Positions 18,664 to 28,540 of a stretch of DNA of 49,463 nucleotides are shown here, piece after piece. This DNA comes from Nemertoderma westbladi (Eukaryota > Animalia > Xenacoelomorpha): positions 1 through 49,463 of the forward strand of contig JAUCBJ010007095.1 of the NCBI GenBank assembly GCA_032718475.1, in the 5' to 3' direction. The position numbers were made by a program, and so were the translations under genes. The notes beneath the pieces were generated by a model. The model searched no databases. It saw nothing but the letters and a program-made list of their open reading frames with translations, and was not told the DNA's origin. Every line of letters starts with the position of its first letter. Position 1 is the stretch's first letter.

Positions 18664-19555
18664 CACTGCCACCCCGTATTAACTTAAGTGTTATAACAGT
18701 GCGACCTCCGCTGAAGTTAATTAATTCGCCTTGTCCGTCACGTAAAGTAATTAAGATTGTTTTTAGTTTTTTATTCAACAACGGGTAATAGCAAATGCTC
18801 TCGTATTCGTGATTAATATATTTTCGATTTAATTGCGTTAAAGGGCAGGTTCTTAAGAGCGGAGCTAAAGCGTCGCCAACAAATGAGCTCTTAATAATAT
18901 CTGTGTATATAAAGATAGTGTCTTTATTACATGTTATATTCGTGGGAGCTGGAAAATCTAAAATGCCAATTTCCGAAATTTTTGGCCCGCTATAATTTAA
19001 AATTAATATTGGCCCGCTATAATTTAAAATTAATATTGGCTGTTCTATATTGCTTAATTCATCTACTGTAGTGGTACTGTATATATCCCAATTCGGAATA
19101 TCCGGATGATTCCGATCCAATAACGGTTTTAAGCCTAGAATTTGTATTAAATCACCACGTAGACTTAATTGTATTTTTTTCAACTTTTTAGGAAATTTAA
19201 ATTTAATTCTAGAATTATTTGTATTAAAAATGAATTCGAAATCTCTATATTTCGCTTCAGAATTAAACAGTTTATTTATATCATCAATAATGACTTGAAT
19301 AGAGTTATGCATACCAGGAAATAAACTATATAATTTGGCATCTTTTGCATCTACCCCGATTGACAGTGAGATTTGAGTTTGCAGCGTAATATTACTGTAT
19401 GTTGCTTGATATTGAAGCTCGGCAAGCCCAATTTTAGCGTTTGGACCAATATATAATTCTTCGGCTAAATCAACAGTAAACTCGCTAGGATTATTATTGG
19501 GGTAAGTGTTTAATGAGCTATCTGAAAGTAGAGTGATATATGTATCTGTAGCCAT
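18656..19555 (-). CDS. Minor capsid protein (penton-like), paralogue 1
   Basis: YITLLSDSS..YPNN.PSEF, IGLAELQY, IFIYTDII...VGD..APLLR, YYPL and LRDGQGELINF..GRTVITL. Confidence 0.92.
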   Translation of the reverse strand: MATDTYITLLSDSSLNTYPNNNPSEFTVDLAEELYIGPNAKIGLAELQYQATYSNITLQTQISLSIGVDAKDAKLYSLFPGMHNSIQVIIDDINKLFNSEAKYRDFEFIFNTNNSRIKFKFPKKLKKIQLSLRGDLIQILGLKPLLDRNHPDIPNWDIYSTTTVDELSNIEQPILILNYSGPILILNYSGPKISEIGILDFPAPTNITCNKDTIFIYTDIIKSSFVGDALAPLLRTCPLTQLNRKYINHEYESICYYPLLNKKLKTILITLRDGQGELINFSGGRTVITLKLIRGGSDG

Positions 19556-19831
19556 TATTATTATTATTTAAGCTCGCTCTCTCTCTACTTGACTCCATTG
19601 TACATACAGTACAGTACAGTATAATGTTAAATTATAGACATCTGTGACCACGTTCATTGTCGTTCATTGTCGCATCTTCTACAGTATATGCGCGGGATCA
19701 ATATTTTACTGGCTTTATTGGCTTTATTTAAAACGGATGAACTATAGATATAGTAATATCATTCGAGTTAATATTGATTAATTACGGTCATATGCGACCA
19801 AAATGAATTAATATACAGTATAAACCTAAGC

Positions 19832-20920
19832 TTATTGAATATGCTGTACCCACGACTGTTTCTTGGATCCGATGAATCGGACTAAATATTCTTTCTTCCC
19901 ATTGCGTACACGTTCTTTAAGTTTGCCAATATTTTTATCAATTGCTAGATAAATATTACTATTCGGGTGGACCTTTTGGAGTTCGTGAGAATAAAATGAG
20001 CCCTTTATTATAGCTCCAGCGCTGTCCTTAATATCGAACATTACAGCTGGTACTCTATCCAGCCTGACACGATGAATAATAAATAATTCACGTGTCCATT
20101 GTTCTCGATAGCCTTTAGCAAAAGCAGTACGAGCGATAGATAATCGTACTGTATCTCCAACTTTAAATTTTATTTTCTTATGATTAATCTGTCTATATTT
20201 CCCATATAATCTATTCATTAATTCAGTTTCATTAAATTTATTAACTTCAATAGGCGTCATTTTTATTGTCCTATGATATGACCTATTATAAGCCGAGATA
20301 AGCTTAGGTAAAATTTTAATCCAAACATTATTTCCTCGTTGTGTAAAAATTTTGAACATCTTTGTTTTTAATGTTCTATTGAATCTCTCGACAATAGCCG
20401 CCTTATTCACAGAGTACATTACGTAATACTGTATACCTAACGTATCTAAATATTTCCTTACAGATTTATTTAGAAACTCAGAACCTTGATCCGTGGCGAT
20501 TCTGTTTGGTTTTCCTTTCTGGAATATTTTTTGCAATATACTAATAATTTCAACACCCTTTTTTGTTTTCATACCATAGCCAAAAGCAAGCCTGCTAAAG
20601 GCATCAATACATGTTAATATATAGTTATAATTATTATTTTGCGACTTATATTGCTGCATATCCACCAGATCTATCATATATATATCTTTTATGCCTCCCG
20701 TAAATATTTTAGATGTTGGATAATGGTGTCTACGTGGAGCGTGAAGGGTGTATGTCTTTTGCCCGCTCATCCATTTCTGGGCTTGTGCTGGTTTGATGTT
20801 TGCAGCTTTTGCTAATTTTGCAACACTTGCAAATCCCGCAGGGGATGAAGGATCTAAATAAATTCTTAACAGTTTTTTGTCTAAGCTTCGGCTTAAAATC
20901 GGTTTCATCTTGCGAGGCAT
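19832..20920 (-). CDS. int: Polinton retroviral-like DDE integrase with a C-terminal chromodomain-like remnant
   Basis: YLDPSSPAGF, IDLVDM, IDAFSR, TDQGSEF, VERFNRTLK, FKVGDTVR..FAKGY..QW and EYLVRFIG...SWV. Confidence 0.96.
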   Translation of the reverse strand: MPRKMKPILSRSLDKKLLRIYLDPSSPAGFASVAKLAKAANIKPAQAQKWMSGQKTYTLHAPRRHHYPTSKIFTGGIKDIYMIDLVDMQQYKSQNNNYNYILTCIDAFSRLAFGYGMKTKKGVEIISILQKIFQKGKPNRIATDQGSEFLNKSVRKYLDTLGIQYYVMYSVNKAAIVERFNRTLKTKMFKIFTQRGNNVWIKILPKLISAYNRSYHRTIKMTPIEVNKFNETELMNRLYGKYRQINHKKIKFKVGDTVRLSIARTAFAKGYREQWTRELFIIHRVRLDRVPAVMFDIKDSAGAIIKGSFYSHELQKVHPNSNIYLAIDKNIGKLKERVRNGKKEYLVRFIGSKKQSWVQHIQ

Positions 20921-20971
20921 CTTTTCGACAACCGCAAGTAATATGTATATTCAAATCTCTTATAAAGGGCA

Positions 20972-21142
20972 TCACCGTAAGAACAACTGAATTTTTTTAA
21001 TTATTTTCTTTGAAGTTGATGTTTTAAAGGGTTTTCTTTTTGTAGTATTTACTCTAGGTATATCTTGAGGTTTTAAATCAGTAGCTAACGGTTTACTCGA
21101 TACTAAATATAATTTTCTAAATGTTACTCCTGTTTTAACCAT
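20972..21142 (-). CDS. Small basic ORF (56 aa, MVKTGVTFRKLYLVS...), not in the supplied track
   Basis: Manually translated. Starts in a TAATAATG junction right after the upstream stop and fills the gap before the integrase gene. Confidence 0.45.
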   Translation of the reverse strand: MVKTGVTFRKLYLVSSKPLATDLKPQDIPRVNTTKRKPFKTSTSKKIIKKIQLFLR

Positions 21143-21144
21143 TA

Positions 21145-21528
21145 TTACCGTCCGCGGTTAATTTTTTTCGCAATAGCTGCTCCAGCGGCGGCGGCTCCGG
21201 CACTCGCGGCGAGTTTCGCACCAATGCTGAGTAAGGGTATTAGAAACGGTAGTATACCTCCAGATTGATTGCTTAACTTTTTTCTGTAACTTGATATATT
21301 TTTTGTTTTACGGTTGAGTGATTTCAATACCTTCTTATAGCGGCGAATATTTCTAAATGAATGAGGGGTTAATTGTACATTACCTTTTAGAACATTTTAT
21401 GCAGTATTTACAATGAGCCGTATTAATTCGTTACTCGCGGTATGGTTAATAAAATAAGTTCTTTGTTGAGGGGTAGCGCTGCGTAGAAATTCCAGTTCGT
21501 TACGATATTTCTGCACAAGTCTATTCAT
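21145..21528 (-). pseudogene. Conserved Polinton small basic virion protein (NVLKGNV...QSGG-hydrophobic helix) with one in-frame TAA
   Basis: Manual translation MNRLVQKYRNELEFLRSATPQQR...IVNTA*NVLKGNVQL...NQSGGILPFLIPLL. The stop lies at 21397-21399, where the family usually has Leu (TTA to TAA). Confidence 0.8.
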
Positions 21529-21565
21529 TGTTGCAACATTATTGAAAATTGTTACAAAATATTAA

Positions 21566-22249
21566 TTATTTATCATTATTATTATTATTATTATTTTCGC
21601 TACGTTTATAGTCAGTGTAATTTTTAATGTAACAATTATGATTACGAAATATATCAGATCTAAATCTTAAATGTTCGGGTGTTTCCTGTCGTAAATCAAT
21701 TAAGAAATGTGAAAATGGTTGAATTGTCGCATCTTGATAGGAATCAACTAAAAATTTGGTCTGCCCTGGTAACATCTGCTTCGCGAAATTTAAAACCGAT
21801 AAACTGTCTCTCGGATTTTTCATTAATACTAAAGTATGGCTATTAATTGATCTTGTGCGGTTATGCTTCCCACCGTAAAACATGTTTTGCGTTATAAAAC
21901 AAATAAATATATTGGAATGATGAGCTACCTTAGTAAACAATACAGTTAATGCTGTACTGGACTCAGTTTCTGTTAACAAATCATCTATAATTAATAAATC
22001 TCGACTATTCACTAAACTATCTATATTTTCGGGCAAACCTTTGTAAAGGTGAGTAATACCGGGAATAGTCGGGGGATTGCTCCCGTAACAATACAATACT
22101 CGCAAGGGGGCTTCGTTGAAACAACCATTCTTGTGTTTAATTAAATTGCTTACAAAGGTTGACTTTCCAGAACCAGATGGCCCAGAAATTATCATACTCG
22201 TTCCCATTTGAAAGTTTAAATTATATGGACCTGAATTAAAGTCAGCCAT
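21566..22249 (-). CDS. FtsK/HerA (A32-like) DNA packaging ATPase
   Basis: Walker A GPSGSGKS, Walker B LLIIDD, HH, ITQN and NPRD motifs. Confidence 0.96.
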   Translation of the reverse strand: MADFNSGPYNLNFQMGTSMIISGPSGSGKSTFVSNLIKHKNGCFNEAPLRVLYCYGSNPPTIPGITHLYKGLPENIDSLVNSRDLLIIDDLLTETESSTALTVLFTKVAHHSNIFICFITQNMFYGGKHNRTRSINSHTLVLMKNPRDSLSVLNFAKQMLPGQTKFLVDSYQDATIQPFSHFLIDLRQETPEHLRFRSDIFRNHNCYIKNYTDYKRSENNNNNNNDK

Positions 22250-22465
22250 TTATTATTATTATTAAGATATATCAACAATACAATATAATATAATATCAAT
22301 ATCAATATCAATAAACCATCACCATTACTATGTATATAACAATAATTGATGCAACTACAATATTAGAGTACTGTATATTTAATTAACATACGACGCCGCT
22401 ACAGTATGTGACGCTCGCTGCAACAAAAGGTGCTATTTCCAATTATAGTATAGACTGATGTAATT

Positions 22466-22918
22466 TCATGCTTGGTGAGCATCTTTATACGTGAAATAAT
22501 GATAGGTAACATCGGCGGTTTGGAAATCACTTCCCGAAAATTTCGCACTAATAATTTTTTTATGTTCGCTGCTAAAAAAATAAGGAATATAGTAGCAACA
22601 GCGTCGTACTACATTTCTATAAAAAATATTCTCCAATATTGTAAATAAATCTCCCGGATCATTACTTTCCGCAGAAATATAAGTTATATTGCGAAGCTCT
22701 TTCCAATAATCGGGTTGATAACTTGCCAACTTTATATTAAACTTAGATATGGATGCGCTACAAATAGGACAAATTTTAGAACAATAATTATTCATTTCAG
22801 AATATTGTACAATACATTGTACGCAAGTTGCATGTTTATTTTCACATTTATAATAATCTCGATGTTGTTGCAATAACTTAGAATAGCAAACTGGACATTT
22901 TTCATTTAAAATATCCAT
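22466..22918 (-). CDS. RING-finger (C3HC4-type) protein, putative E3 ubiquitin ligase
   Basis: CPVC-x14-C-x3-H-x2-CVQC...CPIC. Confidence 0.8.
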   Translation of the reverse strand: MDILNEKCPVCYSKLLQQHRDYYKCENKHATCVQCIVQYSEMNNYCSKICPICSASISKFNIKLASYQPDYWKELRNITYISAESNDPGDLFTILENIFYRNVVRRCCYYIPYFFSSEHKKIISAKFSGSDFQTADVTYHYFTYKDAHQA

Positions 22919-23086
22919 TTTCCAAATTTTAAAGTAAATTGAAAATAATTACCGCAATACACAACAACAACAACAACAAACAAAACTGTTATACTGTATA
23001 TACAAATACTGCTACAATTTTCGATTATTTAAAAACATCAAAATTTTATATATAATCATAAAATATTTATAATATAGAGGGAAAAG

Positions 23087-23533
23087 TCAAGAATCAATGA
23101 TATTATCAACATATTCAACATTATCCGTTGATTCTTCAGTTTCGATAAAGGATTCTTTTGAAATCATTACAATAAAGAAAGACATAATTTCGTAGGGGCT
23201 ATGCCGATTTAGCCGTATTTCAAACTTTTCACCAGCTTCGTTGTATTGTGTAATAACAATAAACCCCTCTATCATGGATAATAGTAAAATGTTGCTTAAT
23301 TTTCCCTCATGCTCAACTTTTTTCAGGTTGTAATCTAAGAGATGAACACTATTATCAGAAGCATTAATATCAATTGAGCTTAAAACTTTCCTGGCTTTTT
23401 CAGAAAACTCAATTTTATATTTATCATCTCCCTGACGGTAAATTGTATAATCAATAACAATATAGGCTTGACCATCTTCTGCAAAAAATGAATGCCTTAC
23501 CATTGGCATAACCATATCGGAATCAGAAGACAT
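23087..23533 (-). CDS. Hypothetical Polinton accessory protein (148 aa, acidic tail)
   Basis: ATG ORF, first gene inward of the right TIR, with a TATATATA box at ~23628-23637. Confidence 0.6.
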   Translation of the reverse strand: MSSDSDMVMPMVRHSFFAEDGQAYIVIDYTIYRQGDDKYKIEFSEKARKVLSSIDINASDNSVHLLDYNLKKVEHEGKLSNILLLSMIEGFIVITQYNEAGEKFEIRLNRHSPYEIMSFFIVMISKESFIETEESTDNVEYVDNIIDS

Positions 23534-23956
23534 TATTTAATTTATTTTATTGTAAATCAAACAAACAAAGTAAAAACTTTTAAAATAAAACCATTACAAA
23601 TGATTAATTGTGATTAAAGCAAGAGATTATATATATAAGATATTTTCAAAAATAATACAGGTCTTAAACTGAGAAATAGCCTAAATTCGGTTTATTGATT
23701 GGTTGATTAGCTGGTATGGAACTACTGTATAAACAAAAAAATTATTGCGTAATAATAATCACTAATGCTCGTATACGCGTAGCTGGAACGTGACGGAATC
23801 TCATGTATCATACTGGTTGGTTTGTTGATTTGGCGACAGCGGTCGTGGAGTTGGCAATCAATATAATATAATATATGCATGACGCGTGTAGATGGCCACA
23901 TCGTTACCATATACAGTATACAGTGGTGGTGGTTGGTTGGTTGCCTGGATAGGAAA

Positions 23957-24441
23957 TAACTATGGAAATATTCGTATACGTGTAGCTGGAACGTGGCGGA
24001 ATTTCACGTATCATAGCGTTGGACTGGTAGGAGGCTGCTTGGTTGGTTGGATTGATTTGGCGACAGCCGTCGAGGAGTAGCCGTGCGTGGCTAGCGGTGG
24101 TGAGTTGGCAATCGATATAATATAAAATAGCGTAGTGGGGGCTAGCCATGCATCGTGAAGTTAGGTTACGCGAAGATGAATATGCGATGGTTGGTTGATG
24201 CAACAACACGAATCAATACTCTCGGTTGGTAACAGCTATCGAGTAAGGCAGGCATCGTGAGGTTAGGCTACGCGTAGGCGATAGGCAACGATTGGTTGAA
24301 GGCATCGACACGAATCAATATTGATGGTGACAGATGGTCATTAAACATCGCGATTTAGCACGTTTTTAATAGCCCTCCGAGATGCAGCCCGTAGCCCAGG
24401 CTAGGGAGGAGTTCGCGGTGGGGCACTCTTCTTCTACTACT
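23957..24441 (-). repeat. Right terminal inverted repeat of the Polinton
   Basis: Ends ...CTTCTTCTACTACT; mirror of 5693-6177. Confidence 0.97.
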
Positions 24442-25190
24442 CCTGCCCCACCCACTCCTTTAAACTCCAACGACCAAGCCCCACCCACTCCTTTAAACTC
24501 CAACGACCCAGCTCCACCCACTCCTTTAAACTCCAACGACCCTGCCCCACCCACTCCTTTAAACTCCAACGACCCTGCCGCACCCACTCCTTCAACCTCC
24601 AACGACCCTGCCCCACCCACTCCTTCAACCTCCGACAACCCTGCCCCACCCACTCCTTCAACCTCCAACGACCCTGCCGCACCCACTCCTTCAACCTCCA
24701 ACGACCCTGCCCCACCCACTCCTTCAACCTCCAACGACCCTGCCCCACCCACTCCTTCAACCTCCGACAACCCTGCCCCACCCACTCCTTTAAACTCCAA
24801 CGACCCTGCCGCACCCACTCCTTCAACCTCCGACAACCCTGCCCCACCCACTCCTTCAACCTCCGGCAACCCTGCCCCACCCACTCCTTTAAACTCCAAC
24901 GACCCTGCCGCACCCACTCCTTCAACCTCCGACAACCCTGCCCCACCCACTCCTTCAACCTCCAACGACCCTGCCGCACCCACTCCTTCAACCTCCAACG
25001 ACCCTGCCCCACCCACTCCTTCAACCTCCAACGACCCTGCCCCACCCACTCCTTCAACCTCCGACAACCCTGCCCCACCCACTCCTTTAAACTCCAACGA
25101 CCCTGCCGCACCCACTCCTTCAACCTCCGACAACCCTGCCCCACCCACTCCTTCAACCTCCGGCAACCCTGCCCCACCCACTCCTTTAAC
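24442..25190. repeat. 33-bp minisatellite (CCTGCCCCACCCACTCCTTYAAMCTCCRACRAC), about 22 units
   Basis: Directly visible; abuts the Polinton terminus. Confidence 0.95.
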
Positions 25191-25352
25191 CTTCAATATC
25201 ACTCTGTATCTCTGCTTTATTATCCAATCTTCTAGTTGCTCTGCTTCTTTTTGGGTAAGATTTGATAACTTCCGTGTTATTTCTCCTTCTTCTTCTTGTA
25301 TTCAATACCATTTCTCCTTCCTTCTCAACCCCATAAACACGTCAGCATCCAT
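24442..25352 (-). pseudogene. Possible disrupted ORF (MDADVFMGLRRKEKWY*IQEEEG... then EVEGVGGAGSL repeats), cut by the Polinton
   Basis: The ATG at 25352 is in frame with the repeat ORF apart from one TGA at 25302-25304. Confidence 0.3.
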
Positions 25353-28300
25353 GTATTTACAATTATTTTATCCATGGATTTTATTTACTATTAATACACT
25401 TTGTAAAATGTAGCACTTTTTAGAGGTCGGCCAGAATGTGTTTATTATCTTAACGAAGCGAGTGTTATAAAATGTCATAACGCTATAAAGTGCTTCCTTC
25501 TTATAAGTATATTTGTAATTTTCTCCAATTATATCAACTTTACACATAGAAACTTGTTTGCACTTAACTTGAAATTGTGAATCCCAGGCATAACCAAGAA
25601 AGTTCAACTTTTTGATCCTATGACAATTTTTCTAGAACTGCACAAAGTTGATATAAATAGAGAAAAACACTTAAAATACAGTAATACCTAGGCCAACCTA
25701 TCCTACTTGATATGTTCTGTTCATGCAATCATATTTATTCAAAAATATACATTACATACGGATACGGATTACACAGGATTACGTTGTGCCTGATTCATAC
25801 CGGGGACAATTGCATGAATACACAACGACAAACCGGGGACGATTTACAATCCGGGGACGTCCCCGGAATGAATTGGTAGCTAAAATGCAATCTACATCAA
25901 CATCATTTTTTCTCCATATTATTCAGTACGAAATAAATTAATCGCTTATTAAAATATAAATTTTTGAAACGAAATAATACATGTATTGTTTTCTTCTTAT
26001 ATATTAAGTAATTCAGAATTAAAGCATTTAACTATATTATCTCACTGTATTAATGTTACGAACATCATGTAGTCAATAATATACTATTAGGCACTACATA
26101 CTGCGAAATTAAAGGAATGTTTCTTAGGTTTAGTTAATTATTTATATCAAGTTCATTGGCTATTTTGATTATTATCACAAATAGCAATAAAAATATTAAT
26201 AAATTTAGTTAAAATTGGTAGCAAAAATGAAATCTACGTATTGTTTCCTCACACATTCAGTACGCAATCAAAGAGTTAGTTACGAATACAAGGGTTTGCA
26301 GATTATGGCTGCCCATTGAACCCTTTCTATTGCTCAACAATATTCCAGAACATTATTTGTTATCCAATCACATATCGTCTGACACAGCAGCACATTGTTT
26401 AATGTTTAACATTCGGTAGAGTTAATGATTGTGTAAACTCTACCTGAAATGTGCTCAATCACACTGGGGACCGGATCGTGATTGGACAAAAACTTAAACA
26501 CACCAGAGAAATGTGTATGTTTGAGGTCCCCACTTCAACCCATGAGTAACAAATAAGCAATCTTTAGAGTTGATAAATTTTGAAACAATAGAATGACGTA
26601 AAATGGTCTCCTGAGTCTATTGGTGCCAAAATAATTTAATTTAAACCAAGAATAAAGAAGTTATAAGGGAATCAATATCGACCCCAGAACCGACCGATAG
26701 AAATAACGGTCCCCAGAATGGGGGTTGTACAAAGAGGGGTGTGTGTGTGTGTGTGTTGGCAAATATACCAAAGGGCTAACTTTGCAAGCTCTTTTTCCGC
26801 TATTGTGCTAACTTTTCCAAAGTGCTAACTCAAAGTGCTAACTCGTGGTCCTTGCAATCTGAAACTTTGTCAAAACGTTTTTTAGACCATTTCCCACAAG
26901 TTAGCATTTTACAACGTTTGCAGTCCAGTGTGTCATGTGTATGAAAAACTTGGCCCCCCTTAGCGGCATTATGGGAACTGGTACTTTTCAAACACACTTA
27001 AACACTCAAGAGTATGGAATTGTTTTTATATAGAGTAATGCGCAATTTTATTCCACAAAGTTGCCTTTTCTTTTATAGCAGGTAAATTGCAATAATTAAT
27101 GCATTATAGGCGTACCTAAACGTGCGCTATTTTTATGAAAATTAACAACTTCTCGATGTGGTGATATCCTCGTAACGCAGCTAAGTAATAATCACTAACT
27201 TAGTAACAATAAACTTCTATAACAAATATTGATAGTATTTCCCATTACTGATAACCATTGATTGTAGACGAAGTGTAAGTTTAGTTGATGTACCAACTGC
27301 AATTAATTGCATAAAAAGGATATGAATTTCATTAATATTCCTAAACATTACAATATTAACGCTAATAATTAAGCTTTCAGAACGCCCTTAAATTGACATA
27401 ATTTAACAAAATGGCACCATTTTGTGAAAAGGGCACTGTCAACGTTTATGAATGAATGACCCTTGTATATTTATGGAAACATCCCTCGCCACCCTCGCTC
27501 GGTACATAAATACTGCTTATGTGAAACCTTTCACACAATCATGTAAAATAGTTATAGTTTCACTTTTATCAATTTACAATATTTGCAGGAAAAAATAATA
27601 CAATTCAATCATTATTCGTGTAACATCAGTTATAAATCGTTAAAATATGAAAGTTCCTTTACATAAATCATTACGTCGGTTTTTCTGACTTTTATTGTCT
27701 GCTATATTTTAATTTTTTTTACCTATTATCAATAATGATTTTTACTTTCTCTTGGGTTATTTTAATTTTCGTTGGTTAGTCAATCACACTTATATTCAAT
27801 TTGTACTAAGTGCTAAATGATTGTAAGACCGAAAATATTGATTGCGAATACCCCTCAGTTTCGCAAATAACCAATTTCACATCGAACACAAAAATAAAAC
27901 CGTTTGCATAAACTCCGGGAGCGCTAAAGTCCTAACTTATACTTTCTTTTGAAAGTACTTTATACAAAGTCCTAACCCGATAATTTTGTATTGTCATGGA
28001 AACCTAATGGTTTCTTACCTGGACATTGACAACTAGTCTAATGAAACATAGGCAAACCGAAATTTATTCCCAGACTGAAACGAATAAGAATGGTGAAATG
28101 GAAAACTTACACATAGATAGACAGACAATCGTTATTAGAATATTTCCTCGTTTCGTCTATTGTTGAGGTATAATAAAATACATAAAACACAAACTCAAAC
28201 TGTGGCAAATTTAATTTGGGTTGTAAATTGGTGAAATTTGTTAGTGAAACAATAATGCGTCAGATAATATATGCGTCAGATTAATACTTAACAATTGTTA

Positions 28301-28540
28301 AAATTCAAAACCATTAAAACTCACTATAATGATAGGCTGCTCAGAGTAACTTAAACCCACATAAATAATTCCCATGAGTGAATTCTATCCGCGTAGGAGA
28401 AATTAAATATAAAAATGTTAATTATGCGATCAGTTTAGAAATTTTGATCTTATGAAAAGATAATGAAAGGAGTCATAGTGAAATTATCATATTAAAGCAA
28501 CGTTTCAAAACCAATCCGGATAATTCTAACGTGCCGGGGG

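Larger units (their letters stand above)
5693..24441. mobile_element. Polinton/Maverick (adintovirus-like endogenous dsDNA virus), 18,749 bp, near-intact
   Basis: 485-bp TIRs beginning AGTAGTAG; pPolB, integrase, ATPase, adenain protease, MCP and mCP genes; replication genes on + and structural genes on -, converging on a central non-coding region. Confidence 0.97.

Noticed and set aside
24382-25413. Pro/Thr-rich mucin-like ORF on + (and the Trp/Arg-rich frame on -)
   Set aside because: Starts inside the Polinton TIR and reads through a 33-bp minisatellite that is open in several frames.
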